NCBI GenBank assembly: GCA_040776945.1
Contig: JAXGZN010000001.1
Coordinates: forward strand, 896,001 to 960,000
From: Methanomassiliicoccaceae archaeon
GTDB taxonomy: Archaea > Thermoplasmatota > Thermoplasmata > Methanomassiliicoccales > Methanomassiliicoccaceae
Direction of reading: 5' to 3'
Length of the DNA: 64,000 nt
Shown: positions 30,701 through 39,630 of the stretch, in pieces
How positions within the stretch are numbered: position 1 is the first letter of the stretch
How the letters are laid out: each line of letters begins with the position of its first letter
The notes under the pieces: model-generated
What the model was told of the DNA's origin: nothing
Databases searched by the model: none
The model's input: only the letters and a program-made list of their open reading frames with translations
Position numbers and translations under genes: made by a program

Positions 30701-30823
30701 TGGCAAGAGAGATATCAGATAAACCAACTGACGCACCTCGGGGCAACGGCCGGGGCGACGATCGCATTGGCTCTCTTTGTCCTACGGGGCCGCCGGAAGA
30801 GAGCAACGGGAGCACAGCAATAA
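27713..30823 (+). CDS. Large GT-C-type membrane protein (YfhO/AftD/PTPS-related-like), paralog 3
   Basis: PTGTD, WEPYSAMG, EGHY, IRVFSRF, LPASY, DYRILTLP, SVKYVV, CBM-like modules, ENFNPNW...INGF plus TM helix. Confidence 0.72.
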   Translation: MGRRASVARFLARVGGTDRRWHLRILLLLSVLTAVVFIGYINGPLPTGTDSEGLVMTAEMGLRTGGLFSSWEPYSAMGFQNDPLPLPGAIFLVFSWLGVPTYDVCKLIMACSFWLAGALMYICAHRISKSVLGGACAAIVFAFNQVFLSQIMEGHYFFAIGYALLPAIFLLMYLSVVEGNERATVLLPAAFLVYGGSVAPHMVLILAMFVMVFTGLYFALDRRALHRLAYPVIGLIILVLPSALARFSYGTSIYNASYRLSETHIWSNTGLVNALAARSTENSHLRGAAVQGWFPVEGLGYAMEILALLIPLLAFISLYYKSDRSLKIALAGTALVMLFFAMGPNQWLSGLFVWMFRNLPLLDSIRVFSRFGMFLGLIYAILMAMLIADLKGRSVAFRIPRCLKMSIGRADKAVAIASMAVMLTASSTMFVQGPSSFSLPASYSEPFEAISAIEGDYRILTLPYGTVYYEAWYPRLDGYPATLTDDPGTYSQYYTGKELAYGDHAEEYWTVWGSAISGRTYGYRTLPSIFGDVSSVKYVVKQVHADATTAERFHNMDGMHVYQEFPKNSSILENVHYMDRVHTAGALVLTTGGRADMLTSLAVGAVNLRSEDLALLGQIDDEATRQSLWSAASRVIVHGGDLLALLAENGLWGPDQLIRVDKFADHTYDDSDMHWISSDMCILSGTALHPSAFTQGENELRVPFDVTGGTYDVYVRARAGPGSGNLTVAVEGNEPMHVDTDSPFPMERWSKVGTYGLDAPRASILLSNDGTGWSSVDDILVVEKGEVERKISELSSTLSAKSIALIYGPKDLAPSSYWEILEGKEGNGLFYSSSSPDPHIILNPTIPVGGNWTITLRQIEGMTSAGNPYIVIDGEEIDGIDTGNGTFAFKAMMAEGPRSIEVHTRSAYSLVLEGSHEVNYGASSDVHASYVRTSPWQYIVIVNASEPTFLKLSENFNPNWMVHGGDGKVFHYRSSSQINGFYISEAGNYTLTITFEWQERYQINQLTHLGATAGATIALALFVLRGRRKRATGAQQ

Positions 30824-30846
30824 TATGTAGGTGCACGGAGCTGACA

Positions 30847-31737
30847 ATGAGGATGCCTGCCGTATCGATCGGGGTGTGCGCCTACAACGAGATGAGGAAC
30901 ATCACCAGATGCCTGGGCTCGATAGTCCCGCAAAAGCTTCATGGTTATGAGCTTGCAGAGGTCATCGTGGTGTCCAGCGGCAGCACCGATGGTACCGATG
31001 CGGTCGTGAGAGACTATGCCGAGAGCGAGCCCCTTGTCCGCCTGGTCCCGCAGCCCAGGCGCGAGGGCAAGAACTCCGCAGTGAACCTCTTCATGTCACA
31101 GGCAGTAGGGGACATCCTGGTCCTGGTGAACGCTGACAACGTGCTCGCCGAGGGCGCGCTGCAGAAGCTCCTTGAACCGTTCAACGATCCCCAGGTCGGG
31201 ATCGTCGGGGGACGCCCTGTGCCGGTGAACCCCCGGGATACCGTCCCGGGGTTCGCGGTGAACATGCTGTGGGACATGCACCACCGCCTCTCGCTACTCC
31301 ACCCCAAAATAGGCGAGCTCATCGCCTTCCGCAACATACGCGTGCAGCTCCCCACCGACCTGCAGTCGGACGAGGACATCATCCGGATGGAGGTGGAGAA
31401 GCTTGGCCTCCGTTCTGCGTATTCGCCCGAGGCCATCGTCCAGAACAAGGGGCCGGCGACGGTCAAGGACTTCATCAAGCAGCGCACCAGGGTAAACATA
31501 GGCGAGGGATATATGCACAGGAAGTTCAGCTACGACATCCCGACCCAAGACCTCCGGCTCCTGTTCCCAGCACTGCTTGACCTCCTCAAGGACGGCGCCT
31601 CCTCGCCCCACCTGATGGCCGCCGCGGTTCTCATGGAGGCCTTTTGCCGCGCCTATGCAAGGCTGTACGTCGCTCTGGACAAGGGGGACAAGATGATGTG
31701 GAGCCCCGTCGACTCGACGAAGAACCTGAGCAATTGA
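30847..31737 (+). CDS. GT2 glycosyltransferase (cellulose-synthase-superfamily-like)
   Basis: ATG 30847 after SD GGAG; VCAYNE, SGSTDGT, GKNSAVN, NADN, GELIAFR, SDED, KQRTR. Confidence 0.85.
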   Translation: MRMPAVSIGVCAYNEMRNITRCLGSIVPQKLHGYELAEVIVVSSGSTDGTDAVVRDYAESEPLVRLVPQPRREGKNSAVNLFMSQAVGDILVLVNADNVLAEGALQKLLEPFNDPQVGIVGGRPVPVNPRDTVPGFAVNMLWDMHHRLSLLHPKIGELIAFRNIRVQLPTDLQSDEDIIRMEVEKLGLRSAYSPEAIVQNKGPATVKDFIKQRTRVNIGEGYMHRKFSYDIPTQDLRLLFPALLDLLKDGASSPHLMAAAVLMEAFCRAYARLYVALDKGDKMMWSPVDSTKNLSN

Positions 31738-31754
31738 TCCTCAGGAACTTTAGG

Positions 31755-32795
31755 TCAATCCTCTCCCAGGACCGCCCGCACCGCCTTGTTGAAGTCCACG
31801 TCCTCTGTGACCTGGATGCACTTGCATCCCGCCTTCCTGCCCATCGCCACGTCGTTCTCACTGTCGCCTATGACGTACGATGACCGAAGGTCGATCCCAA
31901 GGTCGCGGACGGCCCTCTCCAGCATTCCCGTGGCAGGCTTGCGGCACCCGCAGCCCTCATCCGGCCTGTGCGGGCAGAAATATATCGCGTCCAACCTCGC
32001 TCCCTCATCTTGGAGGTCCATCCTGAGCTTATCATGGATGCGTTCCAACGTCTCAGCGTCAAAGTAGCCGCGACCGATTCCCGACTGATTGGTCACCAGG
32101 ACCGTTAGGTATCCGGCCTCGTTGAGCTTTCGGATCGATCCTCCAACGCCTGGGAACAGCCTCAGATCCTCCGGTCGGGAGCAGTACGGAACGTCCTGGG
32201 CGATAGTATCGTCCCGATCGATGAACACCGCCTTCCGGCCGAACAAGGCCTTCTCCACCAGCCCGCAGATTATGTGCCCGGCGCACATGTAGGCCTCCTG
32301 GATGCGCGGTGTGGCGGTGGACGGCACGATGAGCGGGTGGTCGGTAAGGTCCTTGATGCTTCCGCCTGGGCCGGAGAAGGACACCGTAACCAGTCCGAGC
32401 TCCCTCGCACGCTCAAGCGCCAGCACGACGTTCCTCGAGTTACCCGAGGTGCTCAGGCCAACGGCGACATCGCCCGGCCTTGCGCACGCTTCAAGCTGGC
32501 GCGCGAACACCTGATCGTACCCGTAATCGTTCCCTACGCCGGTGATGGACGGCAGCGACGACAGCGCCAACCCATTGAGCGCCGGCCGGTCCATCAGGTA
32601 CCGTCCGGCCAGCTCGGCGGCCAGATGTGAGGCGTCAGCGGCGCTACCTCCGTTGCCGAAGAAGATGACCTTCCCGCCCCTCCTCAGCGATGCGACCATG
32701 GCATCGGCGATGGCCTCTATCCGCTCAGGGTCAATGGCCGCGATTATCGATGCGGATTCCCTAAGCTCGCTCTCAATGAGAAGGGCCATCGTCAT
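31755..32795 (-). CDS. gmhA-gmhB: Fused phosphoheptose isomerase (GmhA) and heptose-1,7-bisphosphate phosphatase (GmhB)
   Basis: SIS domain GNGGSAADASH..AE, NDYG, STSGNS, RIQE...GH; HAD domain FIDRDDT, TNQSGI.RG, CPH.P...C.CRKP, IGD...D. Confidence 0.93.
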   Translation of the reverse strand: MTMALLIESELRESASIIAAIDPERIEAIADAMVASLRRGGKVIFFGNGGSAADASHLAAELAGRYLMDRPALNGLALSSLPSITGVGNDYGYDQVFARQLEACARPGDVAVGLSTSGNSRNVVLALERARELGLVTVSFSGPGGSIKDLTDHPLIVPSTATPRIQEAYMCAGHIICGLVEKALFGRKAVFIDRDDTIAQDVPYCSRPEDLRLFPGVGGSIRKLNEAGYLTVLVTNQSGIGRGYFDAETLERIHDKLRMDLQDEGARLDAIYFCPHRPDEGCGCRKPATGMLERAVRDLGIDLRSSYVIGDSENDVAMGRKAGCKCIQVTEDVDFNKAVRAVLGED

Positions 32796-33816
32796 ACCTC
32801 CAGGTCTGCAGCCCGTACTTGTCGAAGTTGTAAGTGGCGATGTCCACCCCTAGCTTCGTCAGCTCGTTGGCCACCCTGTGCTTGCGGTCATACTCGCAAA
32901 TGAAGAACATGAAGCCTCCGCCGCCCGCTCCCGAGATCTTCCCCCCGATGGCCCCGCTGGCCAGCGCCGCATCGTATATCTGGTCGATGCGCTCGTTGGA
33001 TATCTTCGATGTGAACTTCTTCTTGCTCTCCCAGGACTCGTTGAGCAGCTCTCCGAGATGACGGATCTCGCCCCGAAGCAAGGCATCCTTCATCTCCCTC
33101 GCCAGCCGCTTTGTGCGCTCCAGCGCATCCAGCACCTGCTCGTCCCGTTGAAGATATCCCCGTGTCTGGCTCTGGATGATGTTCGATGAGTCCCTTGTCT
33201 TGCCAGTATTGCCTAGGAGGAGCTGATAGTGAAGCTCGTTGAGGATGTCGCTCTTGATCCTAAGCGGCGTAACGATGGTATCGCTGGCCCTGAACTCCAT
33301 GAAGTTGAAGCCCCCGAAAACCGAGGCGTACTGGTCCTGCTTCCCTCCAGCGAGGCCCAGTTCCTTCCTCTCCAGCACATATGCCAGATTGGCGATGTCA
33401 TAGGGTGACATAGGCTCATTGAGCCACTCGACCATCGCTCCAATGATGGACACGATGACCGTGGACGACGAGCCCAGCCCGGACCCCGGAGGGGCATCGC
33501 AATGGAGGAACATGTCGAAGCCACGGTCAACCTCGAAGTGGTTCAGCACCGCCTTGATGAGATCGAGGTTCCCGTCATAGCCGAACATATCACCATTCGC
33601 CGTCCACTGCTCGACAACGCCATAATCCAGCGAACGGATGGTTATCTCGTTGTCCTTGCGGGGAGAGATGGTGCAATAGGCGAACCGGTCGATCGTCGAG
33701 TTTAGGACCGCGCCGCCCTGCTCGTCGCAATACGGAGGTACGTCGGTCCCACCCCCGGCAAAGCTGATGCGCAACGGCGCCTTGCTCCTTATCAGCTGCT
33801 TCCTCTCTCCCATCAT
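32773..33816 (-). CDS. hddA: D-glycero-alpha-D-manno-heptose-7-phosphate kinase (GHMP kinase)
   Basis: APLRISFAGGGTD, PPGSGLGSSS, GGKQDQY...FGGFNFMEF, GGKISGAGGGGF; start ATG 33816/33813 after SD GAAGGTG. Confidence 0.9.
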   Translation of the reverse strand: MMGERKQLIRSKAPLRISFAGGGTDVPPYCDEQGGAVLNSTIDRFAYCTISPRKDNEITIRSLDYGVVEQWTANGDMFGYDGNLDLIKAVLNHFEVDRGFDMFLHCDAPPGSGLGSSSTVIVSIIGAMVEWLNEPMSPYDIANLAYVLERKELGLAGGKQDQYASVFGGFNFMEFRASDTIVTPLRIKSDILNELHYQLLLGNTGKTRDSSNIIQSQTRGYLQRDEQVLDALERTKRLAREMKDALLRGEIRHLGELLNESWESKKKFTSKISNERIDQIYDAALASGAIGGKISGAGGGGFMFFICEYDRKHRVANELTKLGVDIATYNFDKYGLQTWRYDDGPSH

Positions 33817-34058
33817 CGCACCTTCATTATGGAGCGAGGATTTATAACCGACTTGTTCAGGAACGATGTGGGCCAATGCCGCCCATCTGACCATCGGTCC
33901 GGGAGCTCCGCGATCCACGCTAAGGCCGAACGCTGAACCTCCAGGCATCGAGGGGCGGCACTCTCATCGCCCAGCCCGGGTGCAAGCGTCCTCCTGGCGT
34001 TCATTGAAAGGGCCGTGGCAAGGATACTTGTTTATCGTGGCAAACGTATCGGCCGCCT

Positions 34059-34895
34059 ATGCCGGGATCGACAGGCCACTCCGGCCCTTCGAAAAAAAGG
34101 CTCGATAGAAAGCATCTGATGTACATGGGGGTCGCCCTTGTGGTCATGGCGGCCCTCGCCGTTGCTGTTCTAGGAGGTCTTTTGGGCGGTCAAAGCGAAG
34201 GACCGAACGCCCTTGAGAGGATCAAAGGCCGGGGGACCATCATCGTCGGCATCAACGTTCCCTGGGAGCCTTTCGAGACCTATAATGCGACCACCAAGCA
34301 GTACGAAGGGTTCGATATCGATGTCGTGTCCAAGGTCGCCCAAATAATGGGAGTGGACGTCGAGTTCAGATCGATGGATTTCGATGCCCTCCTTGGAGCG
34401 GTCGAGACCGGCCAGGTCGATCTGGCCATATCCTCGATGGCCATTAGGCCTGACCTTGCCGAACGAGTGGCCTTCTCCACCCCCTATTATATCACGGACC
34501 AAGCCATTATCGTCCGCGAAGACAGCACCATAATGGGCCCTGACGATCTTAACGGGACCATCGTCGCCGCGCGGCATGACACCACGGGTTACTATTGGAT
34601 CAAGGACAATCTAAACGCCACAAGCATTGCCTATGATACGGTTCTTGCTGCCGTGCTAGCTGTGGAGATGGAACAGAGCGGCGTTCGCTCCGCTATCTTG
34701 GACTCAGCGCTGGCTAGCAGGTACGCCAGCAATTCAAGCTATCACCTGAAGGTCGCATCCACAATTCCCACGAACGAGAGGTTCGGCATCGCCTGTCCAA
34801 AGGGGGAGGAGAAGCTTCTCTCGGCCATCGATGACGCTATCAGTTCCATGAAGGCCGATGGCAGTCTGGAGGCCATGCTCGACAGGTGGGCATGA
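34059..34895 (+). CDS. Polar amino-acid ABC transporter substrate-binding protein (family 3)
   Basis: TM anchor, PWEPFE, GFDID, DFDALL.AV..GQVD, FSTPYY. Confidence 0.9.
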   Translation: MPGSTGHSGPSKKRLDRKHLMYMGVALVVMAALAVAVLGGLLGGQSEGPNALERIKGRGTIIVGINVPWEPFETYNATTKQYEGFDIDVVSKVAQIMGVDVEFRSMDFDALLGAVETGQVDLAISSMAIRPDLAERVAFSTPYYITDQAIIVREDSTIMGPDDLNGTIVAARHDTTGYYWIKDNLNATSIAYDTVLAAVLAVEMEQSGVRSAILDSALASRYASNSSYHLKVASTIPTNERFGIACPKGEEKLLSAIDDAISSMKADGSLEAMLDRWA

Positions 34896-35294
34896 GGGAC
34901 GATGTCCATCGGCTTAATCCAGACCAATCGAAACGGGCCGCTGGGACAAGGGATCGAGCATTCCAGGGCAAGCTTCGCCCTCGCAGGGACACTGCCCTAC
35001 GCCTGCATCTAAGTCGTTCCAAGCTGAGCTAGCGCCCAAGGACCATCTCACATCCTCCCTCTTGCCGCAAGTTCAAATCCAGCACATGTCAGATGATAAA
35101 ACGACAGTATCTTACCTCCCTCATAACTATCAGGTTTCGAAGGATGGTCCAGGATATCGATCTATGGTAAAATATTCATTCAAATATCTGAAATAAATTT
35201 TATCATTACGAAATACACATCGCACGCTTTTTGTCTAATATCGGACCCAGATGCCTATGTATGTTTATTTAGTGGTAAGCGTATCGCAGAAAAC

Positions 35295-36182
35295 ATGTCG
35301 GATTCTGCGGGAGGAACGGCTCCCTCACCACTGAAGAAGAAAGGCAATAAAACGATCTTGATAGCCGCCGCAGCAGCGATAATAATCATCGCCCTGGTCG
35401 CTGTGGTCGTGGTCGGAGGCTTTTTGCAGGCCAAGGAGCAGACAGCCCTGGAGAAGATCAAGTCCCAAGGAAAGATCATAATGGCCACTGAGGCGACCTT
35501 CATACCCTTCGAATCCTATGATCCAACCAATGACACGTACATAGGGTTCGACATAGACCTGGCCAAGCGCATTACCGAGAACGTATCTGCCGAACTTGGT
35601 GTGCCTATAGCCTTAGAGATACGTGATGTGGCCTTCAATACCATCCCCGCCAGCTTGAACAACAAGCAGATTGATATGAGCCTATCTGGCATGACCATCA
35701 CTGACGAGAGGAACAAATCGGTCATGTTCAGCACGCCCTACTACATGGCCGAGGCCGGCTTCGGCATGCTTGTCAAATCGAGCGACGACTCCCTAGACTC
35801 CCCTGACAAGATAGCCACCGCCAGCTCCATAGTCGTCAACACCGGCACCACCTCTGAGATATGGGTGCAGAAGGAGCTTGTAGACAAGGGCCTCTTTTCT
35901 GCGAGCAAGGTCAAGAGCCTGCCGACCATCGCCGGATGCGTCCAAGACGTTCAGATCGGGCAGTCTCAGGTGTTCATCATCGACAAGCCGACCGCTGAGA
36001 CCTACGCAAGCGAGTCAAACGGCGATCTAAAGGTGTCCGGTGTCATCCCCAGCTACGAGCCGTACGGTGTAGCCCTTAACAAGGAAGCAACCGACCTGAA
36101 AGAGATAATCGACAGGGTGATCACCACCATGATCGAGAACGGAGAGATGGAAGCGCTCAGGGAAAAGTGGGGATTGAACTGA
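35295..36182 (+). CDS. Polar amino-acid ABC transporter substrate-binding protein (family 3)
   Basis: TM anchor, ATFIPFE, GFDIDL, SGMTITDER, FSTPYY, EPYGVA, KW. Confidence 0.92.
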   Translation: MSDSAGGTAPSPLKKKGNKTILIAAAAAIIIIALVAVVVVGGFLQAKEQTALEKIKSQGKIIMATEATFIPFESYDPTNDTYIGFDIDLAKRITENVSAELGVPIALEIRDVAFNTIPASLNNKQIDMSLSGMTITDERNKSVMFSTPYYMAEAGFGMLVKSSDDSLDSPDKIATASSIVVNTGTTSEIWVQKELVDKGLFSASKVKSLPTIAGCVQDVQIGQSQVFIIDKPTAETYASESNGDLKVSGVIPSYEPYGVALNKEATDLKEIIDRVITTMIENGEMEALREKWGLN

Positions 36183-36200
36183 GCATCGCTCTCCAAACCA

Positions 36201-36214
36201 CTTCTTACTTTTTT
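36201..36214 (+). terminator. Intra-operon U-rich terminator/attenuator after the binding-protein gene
   Basis: CTTCTTACTTTTTT between the SBP stop and the permease start. Confidence 0.4.
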
Positions 36215-36228
36215 ATCATAGGGCAGGA

Positions 36229-36993
36229 TTGAAAATGGAATTCAAAGAACAGGCAACCAAACATAAGAACACGCTGAGCAAGATCGGACTGGTCATTACC
36301 ATAATAATCACTTTTGTGGTGATGCTAGATCAACCAGTCAACTCTGATTACATCGGCAGATGGATACCAGCCATCGGCAAGACGATACTGATCAGCGTGA
36401 TAGCCATCGTGATGGGCTTTGGCATCGGCGTGGTGATCGGCCTGGGCCGGATCTCCCGCAACTTCCTTATCAATGGCATCGCAACGGTCTATGTCGAGAT
36501 ACTTCGGGGCGTGCCCCTCCTTATTCAGATATTTTTCATGTACTTCGCTCTCGCTATCTATGTACCTAGCATAAACGATCCCGCCATCGCCGCGACGTTG
36601 GCTTTGGGGCTGAACAGTGGCGCATACCAGGCCGAGATAATCAGAGGTGGGATCCAATCCATTCCCCGCGGACAGATGGAAGCCGCCCGGTCCTCAGGGA
36701 TGTCCTACTTCCAGGCAATGCGTCACGTTATCCTGCCTCAGGGATTCAGACTGGTCATTCCGCCAATGACCAATGAATACGTGACCGTAATTAAGGACTC
36801 CTCGCTCGCGTACGCCATAGGTGCGATGGAGATCACTTGGCTTAGCACGAAGATCATTACCATCGACTTCGACCCTCTGACCACCTACCTGTTCGTGGCC
36901 CTGATCTACTTCACCCTCACCACCTTCACCTCGAACATCATGAGAGTGGTGGAGCGCAAGTTCAGCATACCTGGTTATATGGGAGTTGAGTGA
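36229..36993 (+). CDS. Amino-acid ABC transporter permease (HisM/GlnP family)
   Basis: [34 protein letters not shown]...G (EAA loop), IKDSSL. Confidence 0.95.
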   Translation: MKMEFKEQATKHKNTLSKIGLVITIIITFVVMLDQPVNSDYIGRWIPAIGKTILISVIAIVMGFGIGVVIGLGRISRNFLINGIATVYVEILRGVPLLIQIFFMYFALAIYVPSINDPAIAATLALGLNSGAYQAEIIRGGIQSIPRGQMEAARSSGMSYFQAMRHVILPQGFRLVIPPMTNEYVTVIKDSSLAYAIGAMEITWLSTKIITIDFDPLTTYLFVALIYFTLTTFTSNIMRVVERKFSIPGYMGVE

Positions 36994-37760
36994 AAATGAC
37001 CACGCCATTGATTGAAATGAGCGGCATCTACAAGAGCTTCGGCGGGAACCAGGTCCTAAAGGGCATATCCATGAAGGTCATGCCGGGAGAGGTTGTGGCT
37101 ATCATTGGCCCCTCCGGCAGCGGGAAGAGCACCCTTCTTAGGTGCGTCAACCGTCTGAACGAGCCAGACGCTGGGGAGATATTGTTCGATGGGCACAGCA
37201 TCATCGGCAAGAATATCGATATCGATCTGGTGCGTTCTCAGATGACCATGGTGTTCCAGAGCTTCAACCTCTTCATGCATCTGACCGCTCGGAAGAACAT
37301 ATCTCTCCCCTTAAGAGAGGTCAAAAAGCTGAGCAAGGAGGAGGCCGACCGGTTGGCATTGGAGGCGCTGGACAAGGTCGGGCTGAACGATAAGGCCGAC
37401 GCCTATCCAGGAGAGCTTTCAGGTGGCCAGCAGCAACGCGTGGCCATCGCCCGGGCCTTCGCCATGCATCCCAAGGTGCTGCTGTTCGACGAGCCGACCT
37501 CAGCACTCGACCCGGAGCTCATCGGAGAGGTTCTGGAGGTCATGAAGAAGTTGGCGTACATGGGCATGACCATGGTCGTGGTCACGCATGAGATGGGCTT
37601 CGCCAGGGACGTCGCGGACCGGGTGATCTTCATGGACAACGGCATCGTTCTCGAGGAGGGAGACCCCAAGGTGATCTTCAGCAGCCCCAAGAACGAGCGC
37701 ACCCGTCAATTCCTTAAGCGTGTGCTCCAGGCGGAGCAGGTCCCTCCTCCGCCTCAATAG
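36990..37760 (+). CDS. Amino-acid ABC transporter ATP-binding protein (GlnQ family)
   Basis: [50 protein letters not shown]. Confidence 0.96.
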   Translation: MKMTTPLIEMSGIYKSFGGNQVLKGISMKVMPGEVVAIIGPSGSGKSTLLRCVNRLNEPDAGEILFDGHSIIGKNIDIDLVRSQMTMVFQSFNLFMHLTARKNISLPLREVKKLSKEEADRLALEALDKVGLNDKADAYPGELSGGQQQRVAIARAFAMHPKVLLFDEPTSALDPELIGEVLEVMKKLAYMGMTMVVVTHEMGFARDVADRVIFMDNGIVLEEGDPKVIFSSPKNERTRQFLKRVLQAEQVPPPPQ

Positions 37761-37823
37761 CCACGACCTCTCCTTTTTATAAAATGGAGTGCTAAAGCAT
37801 TGTGATTTCGGCGCGGGGTCACG

Positions 37824-38765
37824 ATGGTTGGTCAGGACAAGGTATGGTTCGACGGCAAACTGGTCGGGATGAAGGACGCTCGTGTCTCTCCTCTCGCCTA
37901 TGGTCTGCATTATGGATGGGGCGTCTTCGAGGGCCTACGGGCCTATGACACCAAGCACGGCAGAGCCGTGTTCCGCCTCAGAGACCATATGGTAAGGTTC
38001 CTGGACTCGGCCAGGTTCATGCAGCTGGAGGTCAGCTACACGGTCGACGAGCTCTGCGAGGCGGTGAAGGAAGTATGCAGGGCCAACGGACCACAGGCCG
38101 ACTATATCCGCCCATTAGCGTATCACGGCGAGAGCGGAGGGCTCGGACTGGGGGTCGTGAAGGTGCCGACGAACGTCGTGATAATGACGATCCATATGGG
38201 CGCATACATTCGGGGGGATGAGCCGGGAGCATCTCTAATAACCTCGTCCTGGGAACGGCCCTCGAACCTCGCCACCTCTCTCACCGCTAAGATCTGCGGG
38301 AACTACATCAGCTCGATCATCGCAAAGAGGGAGGCGATGCGGCAAGGCGCGGACGAGGCGCTGATGCTGAACCACAACGGATCGGTCGCGGAGGCCTCTG
38401 CTGAGAACCTGTTCATGGTCCGTCATGGAAAGATCATCACCCCAGGCCTTTCGGACGGCATCCTCGAAGGCATAACCAGAGATACGGTCATTGAACTGGC
38501 CAGAGAGCGCGGGTACGAGGTGGTGGAGAGAAGCATCACCAGGGGCGAGCTGCTTATCGCAGATGAGGTCTTCCTAACCGGCACGGCGGCCGAGCTTCAC
38601 CCAGTGCGCTCGATCGATGGAATATCCATCGGTAAGGACGTTCCGGGCCCGATCACCGCTGAGCTGAGGGACCTCTATGGAAGGGTCACCAGGGGCGAGG
38701 TCAAGGAGCACCTGGAATGGGTGGACCTCATTGACGCGAAACCAGTCAGGCGCAGGAAGAGATGA
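37824..38765 (+). CDS. ilvE: Branched-chain amino-acid aminotransferase (class IV PLP)
   Basis: LHYG.GVFEG.RAY, YIRP, AKICGNY, E.S.ENLF, ILEGITR, EVFLTGTAAE. Confidence 0.93.
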   Translation: MVGQDKVWFDGKLVGMKDARVSPLAYGLHYGWGVFEGLRAYDTKHGRAVFRLRDHMVRFLDSARFMQLEVSYTVDELCEAVKEVCRANGPQADYIRPLAYHGESGGLGLGVVKVPTNVVIMTIHMGAYIRGDEPGASLITSSWERPSNLATSLTAKICGNYISSIIAKREAMRQGADEALMLNHNGSVAEASAENLFMVRHGKIITPGLSDGILEGITRDTVIELARERGYEVVERSITRGELLIADEVFLTGTAAELHPVRSIDGISIGKDVPGPITAELRDLYGRVTRGEVKEHLEWVDLIDAKPVRRRKR

Positions 38766-39066
38766 CGGCCAGGTCCGTTCCTCACGCCCCCATGGGTACA
38801 TTCACGTGGTCCCGAGCCGTCCCCGTCAAGATCCGATCATATTAGAGGTATCGAGAGGCCCTCAGCACCGATCCCGGTCCCGGCACGATCCGCCGGCACT
38901 TTCTTGCAAGGAAGAACGGAACAATATCGGCCATGCATGCCATCGTCCTTAGGGAGGGGACCGAACGTGGGATCTCCGCATCCAATCCTACGATCGAGGT
39001 CATTTGCCCTGATGCTCCGCGAATTGTAATATACCCTCCTAGCGATTTTCGCCGCAGGGAAACCAA

Positions 39067-39570
39067 ATGTCCAAGACGACCGAGAACCTCAAGGAGGCCT
39101 TCGCAGGGGAATCCCAGGCCAACCGCAAGTACCTGGCCTTCGCCCAGAAAGCCCAGCAGGACGGATATGAACAAGTGGCCAAGCTCTTCCGGGCCGCCGC
39201 GGAGGCGGAGACCATCCACGCGCACGCGCACCTAAGGGTGCTGAAGGGAGTTAAGACGACGGAGGAGAACCTCAGGGAGGCGATCAGCGGGGAGAACTAC
39301 GAGCACACCTCCATGTATCCTGGGTTCATAGAAGAGGCCCAGAGAGAGGGCAACAAGGACGCGGTGCGCTCCTTCACCTTCGCCAACGAGGTAGAGAAGG
39401 TCCACGAGGAGCTGTACAAGGCCGCGCTCCGCGCCATAGCTGGAAAAAAGGACCTCCCGGCCAAGAAGCTCTACATATGTCCGGTATGTGGCAACATAGA
39501 GGAGGACCAGCCCCCGGAGAGGTGCGCCGTCTGCGGAGCGCCGGGGAGATCGTTCCGCGAGGCGATCTAA
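39067..39570 (+). CDS. rbr: Rubrerythrin
   Basis: NLKEAFAGESQANRKY, AETIHA, GENYE..MYP, EKVH, CPVCG...CAVCG. Confidence 0.95.
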   Translation: MSKTTENLKEAFAGESQANRKYLAFAQKAQQDGYEQVAKLFRAAAEAETIHAHAHLRVLKGVKTTEENLREAISGENYEHTSMYPGFIEEAQREGNKDAVRSFTFANEVEKVHEELYKAALRAIAGKKDLPAKKLYICPVCGNIEEDQPPERCAVCGAPGRSFREAI

Positions 39571-39630
39571 GGTACAAAGGCCCTTGTCGGGCCAATTTCT
39601 TATCCTTCTACTTCTCTTCAGGCATCACAC

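Noticed and set aside
35067-35083. T-loop-like GTTCAAATCC
   Set aside because: The flanking stem has two mismatches and no cloverleaf can be built.
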